From Clostridia bacterium (lineage in GTDB: Bacteria > Bacillota > Clostridia > Christensenellales > UBA1242), in contig JAZSJH010000005.1 in NCBI GenBank assembly GCA_045534265.1, positions 86,234 through 150,233 on the forward strand: a stretch of 64,000 nt of DNA, read 5' to 3'. A program made the translations under genes and the position numbers. Below are positions 34,879 through 44,048 of this stretch, piece by piece; the stretch's first letter is position 1, and each line of letters opens with the position of its first letter. The notes beneath the pieces were generated by a model. That model saw nothing but the letters and a program-made list of their open reading frames with translations, did no database searches and was not told the DNA's origin.

Positions 34879-37101
34879 TTATATTTTGTTATTAATATTT
34901 TTGTTTAGCCAGTAGGCTACGCCATCTTCTTTATATGATTTTGTAACTTCGGTTGATATTGCTTTTAATTCGTCTACAGCATTGCCTAGAGCAACTTTTG
35001 TTCCGCATACTTCAAACATAGATATATCATTAACCGAATCGCCAAACACAACTGCGTCTTTTGCATCAAGTCCTATAAGAGTAAGAAGTTTTGATAATCT
35101 CTCGCCCTTGGTCATACGAAGGTAGGTCACATTAATCCAGCAGTTAGATGAGAAAGAGTCTCTCATGCTAAATACTTGAAGAGAAGCATATTGTTGTTGC
35201 ATCTTCTCAATGGCTGGGTTTACAAGAGTTTGGTCTTCAAAGAACACTTCAAACTTAATAAGCGGTTTTTTAGGAAGATTGCGAAGGTCAGGTTTTGTTT
35301 TGATGGTTCTGCCTTCTGCCGTAAAGTACATAGCTTGACTTGGCTTTTTCTTATTAAGTGTGGTCATAATATCTTTTACCCACTCACGAGGAATTTCGTT
35401 GTAGTTGATAACGACATTATTTTTTAGGTCATATATTATTGCGCCTTCGCAGCATACTGCGTAGTCACAAACAACTTTTCGACCATTAAATATTTGTAAA
35501 ACTTCGTCTAAGTTTCTGCCAGTTGCTATAATAATTACGTGTTTTTCACTAGCAAGGCTCATAGCTTTGTATGTTTTGTCTGTAAGTATTCCTTTGTGGT
35601 TTAGGATTGTTCCGTCACAGTCAAATACTAATGCTTTACGTTTGTTTTCAAGATAATTTTTGATAAATTCGCTTTTTTCAGCAGACTCTTCTTTGATAGT
35701 TGTTGCTGGTGGTTTAAGTTTAGGAGCTTTTTTGATCATAACAATCGCCCAAATAATAGCGATAATCATAGGTGGGATGTTTGTAAGTGTTGGAAGAAGT
35801 GGAACTGCGATAATTCCCATTTTCAAAACATAATACACAAAATATAATGCAGGTACTCTAATAACAAGCGTTCTTAATATTTGGTTAACCATATTTGCAT
35901 TAGTTTTTCCAAGGGCGCTAACTGTACCAATAGATACATCATTTAGGGCATTTGAAACATAATCCCATTTTTGAACAGAGAAGAATAATAAAAGCAAGTC
36001 TGCATACTCTGGGTAACCTCTTGTCATAAAGCTGATGATTGGTTTTTGAAGTAAGGTCATAATAAGTATTGTAAGTAATACTTCTACAACGGCTATAGAT
36101 ATCGCCCAAAGATATACTTTTTTGATTCTATCAAAGTTGCCTTTACCGAAGTTTTGAGCAATTACGGTATTAACTGTATTACGGGTAGCGGTAACAAATG
36201 TTGAAGCTAGGGCAGTCATAAGTGCCATTAAGTCCCACATAGTAACACACTCAAGACCGTAAAATTCAGATACTTTTGAGTTAATAAATATTTTTGTATA
36301 ATAAAATACAAAACTACCTAAAAATAGTGGTAGAGCAACTTTGATTAGTGTCTTCAAAAATCTACTATCATAGTGTCCGTATTTTACTCTATAAATTCTG
36401 TTTTTGTTAAAAATTGTAGTAAAAGCAAACACAAGCATAAAGCATTGAGCAATGACAGTTGCAAAAGCAAAATGTGTATTTGTAATGCCTGGAATACCTG
36501 CAAAAGCAAGAATAGAACTAAGCGCCATCTTAATGCCGATAACACCAAGATTGACAAATACAAGTTTTTTTGTTGTACCTTTGGCTCTTTCTAGAGCTAT
36601 GTATACAGAGTTGAAACAATTTATTGAAACAGATAATACATGAACAACATAGCAGCCATATGATGTTGCAATAACTTCTTCTGGGGTGTTCATAATTCTA
36701 AGAATTGGAAGACCAAAACCTATAAAAATAAACAGAATAAAAGCACACAAAAAGCATATAGCATAAAATGTCGTAGTCAAAAATTTATTTGCTTTCTTTT
36801 CATCTTTTGCGCCGATAGCTTGGCTGACAAGTATTACCATGGCGGTAGTTATTGCCCAGCTAAATGTGTTAAGCAAGTTTTTTATCTCACTAAGATAAGC
36901 AAGGCCATCAACTTTACCAACGCTACTAACAGACATTACAAAGGTGTCAAAGAATGTATACAATTTGTCTATCATAGCATAGGCAAAAAGAGGCAATATA
37001 ATGCTAAATAGCATTTTTGGGATATTGCCGCTTAATATATTTTGCCTAGCTTTGTTAGCTTTCTCATTGGCTTTATTTACAATAACTTCTGCCTTTTCCA
37101 T
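34879..37101 (-). CDS. MATE-family efflux transporter fused to a C-terminal Cof-type HAD phosphatase
   Basis: About 460 aa of multi-TM MATE-like sequence, a linker, then LVFDCDGTIL (DxD), ATGR and GDSVNDISM HAD motifs. One uninterrupted ORF with no Met near the junction. Confidence 0.75.
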   Translation of the reverse strand: MEKAEVIVNKANEKANKARQNILSGNIPKMLFSIILPLFAYAMIDKLYTFFDTFVMSVSSVGKVDGLAYLSEIKNLLNTFSWAITTAMVILVSQAIGAKDEKKANKFLTTTFYAICFLCAFILFIFIGFGLPILRIMNTPEEVIATSYGCYVVHVLSVSINCFNSVYIALERAKGTTKKLVFVNLGVIGIKMALSSILAFAGIPGITNTHFAFATVIAQCFMLVFAFTTIFNKNRIYRVKYGHYDSRFLKTLIKVALPLFLGSFVFYYTKIFINSKVSEFYGLECVTMWDLMALMTALASTFVTATRNTVNTVIAQNFGKGNFDRIKKVYLWAISIAVVEVLLTILIMTLLQKPIISFMTRGYPEYADLLLLFFSVQKWDYVSNALNDVSIGTVSALGKTNANMVNQILRTLVIRVPALYFVYYVLKMGIIAVPLLPTLTNIPPMIIAIIWAIVMIKKAPKLKPPATTIKEESAEKSEFIKNYLENKRKALVFDCDGTILNHKGILTDKTYKAMSLASEKHVIIIATGRNLDEVLQIFNGRKVVCDYAVCCEGAIIYDLKNNVVINYNEIPREWVKDIMTTLNKKKPSQAMYFTAEGRTIKTKPDLRNLPKKPLIKFEVFFEDQTLVNPAIEKMQQQYASLQVFSMRDSFSSNCWINVTYLRMTKGERLSKLLTLIGLDAKDAVVFGDSVNDISMFEVCGTKVALGNAVDELKAISTEVTKSYKEDGVAYWLNKNINNKI

Positions 37102-37271
37102 AACTCAAATTATATCATAAGGCAAAACAAAAGAAAAACAAAAAGCGACATAAAATAGTATATTTATATATTAATTATTATTTATAAAGTAAAAAAAGAG
37201 CGAAGTAAGGTTCACTCTTTAATTTTTTGTTTATAAAATTTAGTTGTCATAATAATTATTTTTGTTTTTAA

Positions 37272-37829
37272 TTAAATGTCGTATGTTGGCAAAATGCCTT
37301 TTTTGATGTTTTCATATTCTTTGTCAAGGTCAAGGTTTGTGCAGTGTTCAATAAACTTCTGTAATTCGTCTTTTGTAAAATACACAGGGTCTTCAGTTGG
37401 AACTTCAAAGTATTTAAGATATTGCTCATCAATGTACTCTTTACCATAAGAGTAGAGTTCAAACAAAGCTTTGTTTATTTTGTTGTATTCTTTACCAAGA
37501 GCGCCAAGACAATTTACAAAGTTTGGGTCTTTGTGATATTTTTTGATGCAAAGCTCGTGATAGAATAAATAGTCTGTCAAAAGGTGCAAAAAATATCCTT
37601 TATCGTGGTCAGTTTTTATATCGTGTTCTTTTGGGAAAGGTAGCAAGTTTACTTTATAAATTAGGTCATCATAGCTTGTGATTATTTTGACGCTTTCGGT
37701 ATAGTGTGACTGCGGTTTTTGATAAAAATCGGGGTAAAAAGAGCCGTTAATGTATTCTTGCATATTTTTTATATTATTTTTTTCGGCTGATTTTAGCGCT
37801 ATTATGTAATGTATTGTAAGTCCTGGCAT
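37272..37829 (-). CDS. hypothetical protein (possibly a zinc-dependent phospholipase C-like hydrolase)
   Basis: 185-aa ORF. The N-terminal MPGLTIHY... and His/Asp-rich segments only loosely resemble that family. Confidence 0.45.
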   Translation of the reverse strand: MPGLTIHYIIALKSAEKNNIKNMQEYINGSFYPDFYQKPQSHYTESVKIITSYDDLIYKVNLLPFPKEHDIKTDHDKGYFLHLLTDYLFYHELCIKKYHKDPNFVNCLGALGKEYNKINKALFELYSYGKEYIDEQYLKYFEVPTEDPVYFTKDELQKFIEHCTNLDLDKEYENIKKGILPTYDI

Positions 37830-37910
37830 TTGTCCAAATTCCTTTTTTTACTTTATATAGATTATATTGCAAATGTAAAAAAAAGACTAGCAAATTTGCT
37901 AGTCAATAAA

Positions 37911-39098
37911 TTATTTTTTAAGAAGATTATGTTTTGCCATAACAGTAGCTATTATATCTGCTGCTCTGTCGATTTGTTCTTCATTTAGAGTTGCCATATA
38001 GCTTGTTCTTATCATAGCTTCACCTGCAGGAGCTGCTGGGGCTACTACTGGGTTTACATATACGCCAGCTTCAAATAGTTCCATACAAATTTGGAAAGTT
38101 AAGTTGTCGTCATATGTGTTGATAGGGATAATAGGAGCTACACTATCTCTAATGTCAATACCTTTTTCTTTATATTTCTTTCTTGCATAGTCTGCAATCT
38201 CAAGAACTCTCTTTGGTCTTTCTGGTTCTAGTTTGATAACATCAAGAGCAGCTTGAGCGCAAGCTACATTTGCAGGTGGAAGAGAAGCTGCAAAGATAAA
38301 TGGTCTAGAGTTGTGTTGTACAAAGTGACAAACTTCGGCAGATGCTGCCATAAAGCCGCCAAGAGAAGCTAAGCTTTTAGAGAATGTGCTCATAATGATA
38401 TCAACTTCGTCTTCAAGTCCAAAGTGAGAAGCTGTACCTCTACCGCCTTCGCCAAATACACCAAATCCGTGAGCATCATCAACCATAACTCTAGCGCCGT
38501 ATTTTTTAGCAAGGCGTACAATTTCTGGCAAGTTACATAGGTCACCGCCCATAGAGAATACGCCATCAGTTACGATAAGTTTGCCTTTGTCATCAGGAAC
38601 TGATGCTAGTTGTCTTTCCAAATCTTCCATATCGTTGTGTTCGTATCTAAGTAGTTTTGCATAACTTAGTCTGCAAGCATCATAGATAGAAGCATGGTTT
38701 TCTTTATCTCCGATAATAACATCATTTCTTCCTGCAATACAGCTAATGATAGCTAGGTTGCTTGTAAAACCTGTAGAGAAGGTAAGAGCTGCTTCTTTGT
38801 GAACGAACTCAGCAAGGTCTTTTTCTAGTTTGATATGTTGCTTAAGTGTTCCGTTCAAAAATCTAGAACCAGAGCAGCCTGAGCCGTATGTGTCTATGGC
38901 TTGTTTGCCAGCTTCGATAATTTTTTCGTTAATAGTAAGTCCAAGGTAGTTGTTAGAGCCAAGCATAATTACGTGTGTTCCGTCCATAACAACTTCTGTG
39001 TCTTGTCTTGTATCTAATGCGTGAAAGTAAGGATAGATACCTGCTTCCATCGCCTTTTTTGCTGTTGTGTAATCTTTACATTTTTGAAATAAATCCAT
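37911..39098 (-). CDS. alpha-oxoamine synthase (PLP-dependent; SPT/BioF/Kbl family, SPT-like)
   Basis: GSNNYLGL, DDAHGFGV and STFSKSLASLGG (PLP Lys) blocks. N-terminal YPYF motif. Confidence 0.8.
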   Translation of the reverse strand: MDLFQKCKDYTTAKKAMEAGIYPYFHALDTRQDTEVVMDGTHVIMLGSNNYLGLTINEKIIEAGKQAIDTYGSGCSGSRFLNGTLKQHIKLEKDLAEFVHKEAALTFSTGFTSNLAIISCIAGRNDVIIGDKENHASIYDACRLSYAKLLRYEHNDMEDLERQLASVPDDKGKLIVTDGVFSMGGDLCNLPEIVRLAKKYGARVMVDDAHGFGVFGEGGRGTASHFGLEDEVDIIMSTFSKSLASLGGFMAASAEVCHFVQHNSRPFIFAASLPPANVACAQAALDVIKLEPERPKRVLEIADYARKKYKEKGIDIRDSVAPIIPINTYDDNLTFQICMELFEAGVYVNPVVAPAAPAGEAMIRTSYMATLNEEQIDRAADIIATVMAKHNLLKK

Positions 39099-39380
39099 TA
39101 TTTTCTCCTATTTACTTTTGGGATTTCTAACTTAAATTATAATATAAAAGTTTTAACTCAGTGTTAACTTTTTGTTTTAACAAATAAAAAAATGTTAAAA
39201 TTTGTAACTGCTTTATAAAATAACAACTTAAGAAAGGTGTCTTTATTGTAATATAATAAGTGTCCTTTATGCAAATAAATTCGGCAAAAAAATATTTTCT
39301 CACAAAAAATTTTTTTAGTACAAATTTTGTTTTGAAAGTTATCAAAAATGTAGTATTATAATGCTAAGGGTGGAAAGATT

Positions 39381-40025
39381 ATGATTTGTATTTCTAACGC
39401 AACACTTAAATATACAAAAGAATTTTGTGCGGTAAACAACTTGTCTTTGGATATAGCAAAAGGCGAAATTGTAGCTTTGTACGGACCAAAAGACAGTGGC
39501 AAGTCTTGTTTGATTAGAATGTGTGCAGGACTTGAAAAGTTGACTAGCGGCGAAATTTATATAAAAGATATCCCTGTATCAAAACTAGACACAGAGAACG
39601 ATATTTCTATGGGGTATATTCCTTGGAAGGGTAGTTTTTTTGAAAACAAAACCGTTTATGAAAACATTTTGTACGTGTTAAAGGTACGTAAAGTTCCTAA
39701 ACAAGACTGGGAAAATATTATAAATAAGCTACTTATTGATTATAAAATTGAAAAATTAAAAGATGTTAAGGTAAAAGACCTTTCTATGTATGATAGATAC
39801 TACGTATCACTTGCTCGTTTGGGATATAGAAAAATTGAGCTTTTGCTTATAGACAACATCTTTGAAGAATTAGACGAAAAAGAATGTAAGACACTTCTAA
39901 ACCTTATCAAAAAGGATTATTCAAAACAAGGTACAACAATCCTTTATGCAACAAGTGACGAAAAACTTGCTGAAAGTATTTCTACAAAAGTTGTAAAACT
40001 AAAGGATGGCGTTATTGTAAAATAG
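39381..40025 (+). CDS. orphan ABC-type ATPase with degenerate signature and Walker B
   Basis: Walker A GPKDSGKS. LSMYDRY replaces LSGGQ. Walker B region is LLLIDNIFEELD. No adjacent permease. Confidence 0.65.
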   Translation: MICISNATLKYTKEFCAVNNLSLDIAKGEIVALYGPKDSGKSCLIRMCAGLEKLTSGEIYIKDIPVSKLDTENDISMGYIPWKGSFFENKTVYENILYVLKVRKVPKQDWENIINKLLIDYKIEKLKDVKVKDLSMYDRYYVSLARLGYRKIELLLIDNIFEELDEKECKTLLNLIKKDYSKQGTTILYATSDEKLAESISTKVVKLKDGVIVK

Positions 40026-40027
40026 CA

Positions 40028-40405
40028 TTAATCAAAACTATATTCATCAATACTTTTTAGCTCGCTAAATTTTGGCGGGCTATTTTTTTTGCTGTTGTTT
40101 TGCATTAGTGGCAATAAGTTTTTTATTATATCAAGATTTGGCATTTGGCTTATTTGGGCGGTGTTGCCGGTGAGATTGCCTTTTAGCATAGATAACAAAA
40201 GGTTTTGTGGGGTTAGTCCTTGAGATAGATTGTCGCCTGCGGGTTTGGGTTGTTGTTGCGGGGTTTTGCTACTCAAAATAGTTGTTGGGTAGCTAGCAAG
40301 AACGTCTTGCGGGATAGATTGATTGTTATTTATATTATTTTGTTGGTTGGTATTTCCGCCGCCCAAAAGATTGTATAAAAGTGGCATAAGACTTGTTATA
40401 TCCAT
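40028..40405 (-). CDS. hypothetical Gln/Asn/Pro-rich protein
   Basis: 125-aa low-complexity ORF. Coding status uncertain. Confidence 0.4.
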   Translation of the reverse strand: MDITSLMPLLYNLLGGGNTNQQNNINNNQSIPQDVLASYPTTILSSKTPQQQPKPAGDNLSQGLTPQNLLLSMLKGNLTGNTAQISQMPNLDIIKNLLPLMQNNSKKNSPPKFSELKSIDEYSFD

Positions 40406-40472
40406 AAAAGCTCCTTATTAACACAATTATTATATGAATCATATAATGTTTTAGTTAAAAAAAGGAGTAGTT

Positions 40473-40748
40473 ATGCCAAAAAGTATATTTGATTATGTCC
40501 CAGATGAAGAAAAGGTTTCTAAAGCGGAAAGCAAAGCTCCGCAAGATGCAGAAAAGCTAATTGAACATTACAAAGGTTTTTCGCAAGATGAACTGATAAA
40601 AGAACTATTTCGTGTTGCAAGTAGCGAAAAGGAAAAGGGAACGCTTACCAAAGAAAAACTGCAAGAGATACGCCTTACGATAGTTCCATACTTAAATGAC
40701 AATCAAATAGAATTTTTAGACAAACTAATAGAAAGGTTAGATGTATAA
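40473..40748 (+). CDS. hypothetical protein
   Basis: 91-aa ORF with a GGAG RBS. Overlaps the start of the S8 peptidase gene by 8 nt. Confidence 0.5.
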   Translation: MPKSIFDYVPDEEKVSKAESKAPQDAEKLIEHYKGFSQDELIKELFRVASSEKEKGTLTKEKLQEIRLTIVPYLNDNQIEFLDKLIERLDV

Positions 40749-41892
40749 TTTTTTAGATAAGATAGACAAAAGCATTATTGATAAGGTAAGTGCACAAAGC
40801 ATATCTTATCACGAATGTATAGTGTACTCAAAAGATTATTTTTTGTTTAGAAAGCACCTTATAAAAAGTGGCAAAGAGTTTTGTGAGTTTCCTTTTATAT
40901 CTGCATTTGGCATTAAGGCAAACGCAAAGGAAATAATAACCTTTGCCAAAAATAAAATTGTTACATATATAGCTAAAGACACCCAAGTCTCAACACTGTC
41001 ATATCTTGCAAAAAAATCTCTTAACATAGATAGCTTTTATGCAAAAGGTATTTATGGTGATGGGGGAGTGGTTGCAGTAATAGATACAGGAATTACCCCG
41101 CACCTTGATTTTGTTATGCCGTATAACAGGATTATCAAGTTTGTTGACCTTATCAATGAAAAAAAAACACCATATGATGATAATGGTCACGGGACTATGG
41201 TTGCAAGCCTTTTGTGCGGTAACGGGCTTGTACATAACAAAAAGTACTCTGGAGTTTCGCCTATGTCAAAAATTGTCGCTATCAAGGCTATAGAAGCAAA
41301 TGGTGAAACGTCGGTTACAAAGGTGCTCGAAGCTATGCAGTGGATATTCGATAACAAACATAAATATAATATTTCTGTTGTTTGTATGAGTTTTGGTAGT
41401 GAGCCCGCAGAAAGTTATGATCCGCTAGTTGTTGGGGCGGAGAGTTTGTGGAATAGCGGAGTGTGCGTTGTGGTGGCGGCGGGTAATAGTGGACCAGATA
41501 AGTCATCTATCAGGTCACCGGGTATCAGTCGCAAGGTAATTACTGTTGGTGGCTTTGACGACAGAAAGGGCGAAGAAGAAAGTAAAAAAGATTTTATAGT
41601 AGCCGACTTTTCATCACGTGGACCTGCTGGGAATATATATAAACCCGACCTTGTAGCTCCTGCTGTAAATTTAGTTGGGGCATCACGCCTAGGCGGCTAT
41701 ACAACTATGAGTGGAACAAGTGTAGCAACACCATTAATTGCCGGTATAGCCGCTCTTATGGCGTCAAATCGCCCACGCATTACCCCAGACCAGATAAAAA
41801 TGCGGCTTGTTAGGTGTTGTAGCAAGATTTCTCAGGACCAAAACGAAGATGGTTTTGGGGTGATAGATTGCTCTAAACTTTTTGTTAATTAA
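40741..41892 (+). CDS. S8-family (subtilisin-like) serine peptidase
   Basis: Catalytic triad blocks VAVIDTGI, HGTMVAS, SGTSVATP. Confidence 0.85.
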   Translation: MYNFLDKIDKSIIDKVSAQSISYHECIVYSKDYFLFRKHLIKSGKEFCEFPFISAFGIKANAKEIITFAKNKIVTYIAKDTQVSTLSYLAKKSLNIDSFYAKGIYGDGGVVAVIDTGITPHLDFVMPYNRIIKFVDLINEKKTPYDDNGHGTMVASLLCGNGLVHNKKYSGVSPMSKIVAIKAIEANGETSVTKVLEAMQWIFDNKHKYNISVVCMSFGSEPAESYDPLVVGAESLWNSGVCVVVAAGNSGPDKSSIRSPGISRKVITVGGFDDRKGEEESKKDFIVADFSSRGPAGNIYKPDLVAPAVNLVGASRLGGYTTMSGTSVATPLIAGIAALMASNRPRITPDQIKMRLVRCCSKISQDQNEDGFGVIDCSKLFVN

Positions 41893-43010
41893 TAGGTGTT
41901 TTGAATATCTTTTAAGGCTTTAATAAATTTATCTATTTGCCTTTTTGTGTTGTAGTGGTTTAGGCTGGCTCTTACAGCTCCTGTTTTTAGAGTTTTAAGA
42001 TAGGTGTGGGCAAGACCAGCACAGTGAAGTCCACCTCTTACCATAATATTATATTTTTCGTCCAAAATTTGAGAAAGCTCAACAGAGTCAAAATTTTCTA
42101 GGTTAAAAAGCACAACACCATACTTGCTGTCTTTGTTGGTATAAATTTTAGCACCGATTGAAGATAAGTTGTCTAATAAATATTCTGTCAGTTTGGCAAC
42201 CTTTTTTGTATGGCGTTCAAAATGTTTTATTACATAATCAACTCCAGCCGAAAGCCCAAAGATTTGTGGGCAGGCAAGAGTTCCACTCTCTAAGCTTTCT
42301 GGTGTTTGGTCAGGCATAGATAGACTTTCGGAGTTTGTGCCCGTACCGCCATACTTTAGTGGGGATAATTGAGTATTGTTAAGACAAAGCCCGCCGATAC
42401 TTTGTGGAGCAAAAAAGCCTTTGTGCCCGGCAAAAGCTAGCATTGAGATATTGTCCCTTTGCATATCAATATCAATATGCCCGCTGGCTTGAGCACAGTC
42501 GCAAAGTAGCTTTATATTTTTCTCCCGACAAAGTTTGCCTATTTTGTGTATTTCGTTTTTGTTGCCAAGGGTATTATTTATGTAAGATACGCACACAAGA
42601 TAGGTATTATCTTTTAGGGCAGATAAAACATCTTGTGCGGTTATAATATTATCTTTTGCGGGCGAAAGAATTGTAAGAGATATAAGCCCGTCTTCTTCTA
42701 GTTTTTTTAGCGGACGAAGTACTGAGTTGTGTTCAAAAGTGCTTGCGATCACGTGACCTTTTTGTTTGCTGCCAAAAATTGCCATATTTAGCGCTTCGGT
42801 GCAGTTTTGAGTAAAGATAACATCTTCTTGTCTTGGTACATTAAAAAAACTTTGAAGTTTTAGCCTTGTCATAAATATTTTTTTGCCGGCATTAATGCTA
42901 AGGCTATGACCGCTTCTTCCGGGGTTTGCGACTTTGAGCCCAGCAAGGGTTGATAGTTTTACGCAAAGTGGCTTTTTATATGTAGTGGCAGAATTGTCAA
43001 AATATATCAT
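41889..43010 (-). CDS. class V aminotransferase / cysteine desulfurase family protein
   Basis: PLP-Lys block AFAGHKGFFAP. NifS-like length. Confidence 0.75.
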   Translation of the reverse strand: MIYFDNSATTYKKPLCVKLSTLAGLKVANPGRSGHSLSINAGKKIFMTRLKLQSFFNVPRQEDVIFTQNCTEALNMAIFGSKQKGHVIASTFEHNSVLRPLKKLEEDGLISLTILSPAKDNIITAQDVLSALKDNTYLVCVSYINNTLGNKNEIHKIGKLCREKNIKLLCDCAQASGHIDIDMQRDNISMLAFAGHKGFFAPQSIGGLCLNNTQLSPLKYGGTGTNSESLSMPDQTPESLESGTLACPQIFGLSAGVDYVIKHFERHTKKVAKLTEYLLDNLSSIGAKIYTNKDSKYGVVLFNLENFDSVELSQILDEKYNIMVRGGLHCAGLAHTYLKTLKTGAVRASLNHYNTKRQIDKFIKALKDIQNTY

Positions 43011-43092
43011 AAAATCTCCTTTTTAACCAAAAACAAAGGTTTGTTATATAATATATTAAGGGGAAGTAAAAATAATGCGTAGGAAATAGTTT

Positions 43093-43344
43093 ATGAAAAT
43101 TTTAGTCACCTTCAAATCAAAAAACCAAGCAATGCTATATTCTGCCAAACTTGCTCAAAGGGGCGTAAAAAATAGACTAATCAATACCCCTAGATTTTTG
43201 AGCCTTTCTTGTGGGCTTTCGGTAGAGGTAGATATAACAAATATAGCCCTTGCAAAAGAAATTTTGAGAGGGTATAACTTTGATAGTTTAGGCGGAATGT
43301 ACGCTATAAACAAAAACGGTACTTTTGATAGTATTAAATTATAA
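43093..43344 (+). CDS. DUF3343-like small protein
   Basis: 83 aa. Divergent from the desulfurase gene. Sequence pattern recalls the DUF3343 family. Confidence 0.55.
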   Translation: MKILVTFKSKNQAMLYSAKLAQRGVKNRLINTPRFLSLSCGLSVEVDITNIALAKEILRGYNFDSLGGMYAINKNGTFDSIKL

Positions 43345-43415
43345 TAATAAATAAAAAATATTATTGATAATTCCTTATTCTGTGTTATAATAAAACAGCA
43401 ATAAGGAGTTTTTTT

Positions 43416-44045
43416 GTGAAAAACCAAGCAACTAATGCTATTTACGAAAAACTAAATACTGTTTTTGAAAGGGCAGAATGTGAACTAAACTTTAGTAATA
43501 ACTTTGAACTTTTGGTTGCGGTTATGCTATCTGCTCAGTGTACAGACAAGAGAGTTAACATAGTGACAAAAGAGTTGTTTAAGGTTTATCCAGATGCAAA
43601 AGCCCTTGCAAATGCAGATATAAAAAAACTCGAACAGGCGATTTATTCTTGTGGCTTTTATCACAACAAAGCAAAAAACTTGATTGCTATGTCAAAAGAC
43701 CTTGTGGCAAAATATGACGGACAAGTCCCGGGGGATTTTGACAAACTCACTGCTCTTGCTGGTGTTGGCAGAAAAACGGCTAATGTAGTTTTAGCAGTAG
43801 GTTTTGGGGCAGATGCAATAGCGGTTGATACTCATGTGTTTAGAGTATCTAATAGACTGGGTATTGTAAAAGCAGACAACCCTTACAAATGCGAACTTGC
43901 TCTTCAAAAGGTTGTGGATAAAGACAAATGGTCTACCTTTCATCATATGCTTGTTTTGTTTGGTAGATATTATTGCAAATCGCAAAACCCAAAATGCAAA
44001 GACTGTATTTTGGCAAAACAATGTAAATTTTATAAAGGAAAATAA
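43416..44045 (+). CDS. nth: endonuclease III
   Basis: HhH-GPD (LTALAGVGRKTANVV) and C-terminal 4-Cys Fe-S cluster loop. GTG start after AAGGAG. Confidence 0.9.
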   Translation: MKNQATNAIYEKLNTVFERAECELNFSNNFELLVAVMLSAQCTDKRVNIVTKELFKVYPDAKALANADIKKLEQAIYSCGFYHNKAKNLIAMSKDLVAKYDGQVPGDFDKLTALAGVGRKTANVVLAVGFGADAIAVDTHVFRVSNRLGIVKADNPYKCELALQKVVDKDKWSTFHHMLVLFGRYYCKSQNPKCKDCILAKQCKFYKGK

Positions 44046-44048
44046 ATT

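Noticed and set aside
39150-39215. Cluster of TTAAC/GTTAA half-sites (GTTTTAAC, GTGTTAAC, GTTTTAAC, TGTTAAAA) in the divergent region between the AOS gene and the ABC-like ATPase gene.
   Set aside because: These are short AT-rich palindromes with irregular spacing. A regulator site is possible but indistinguishable from composition-driven repeats by eye.
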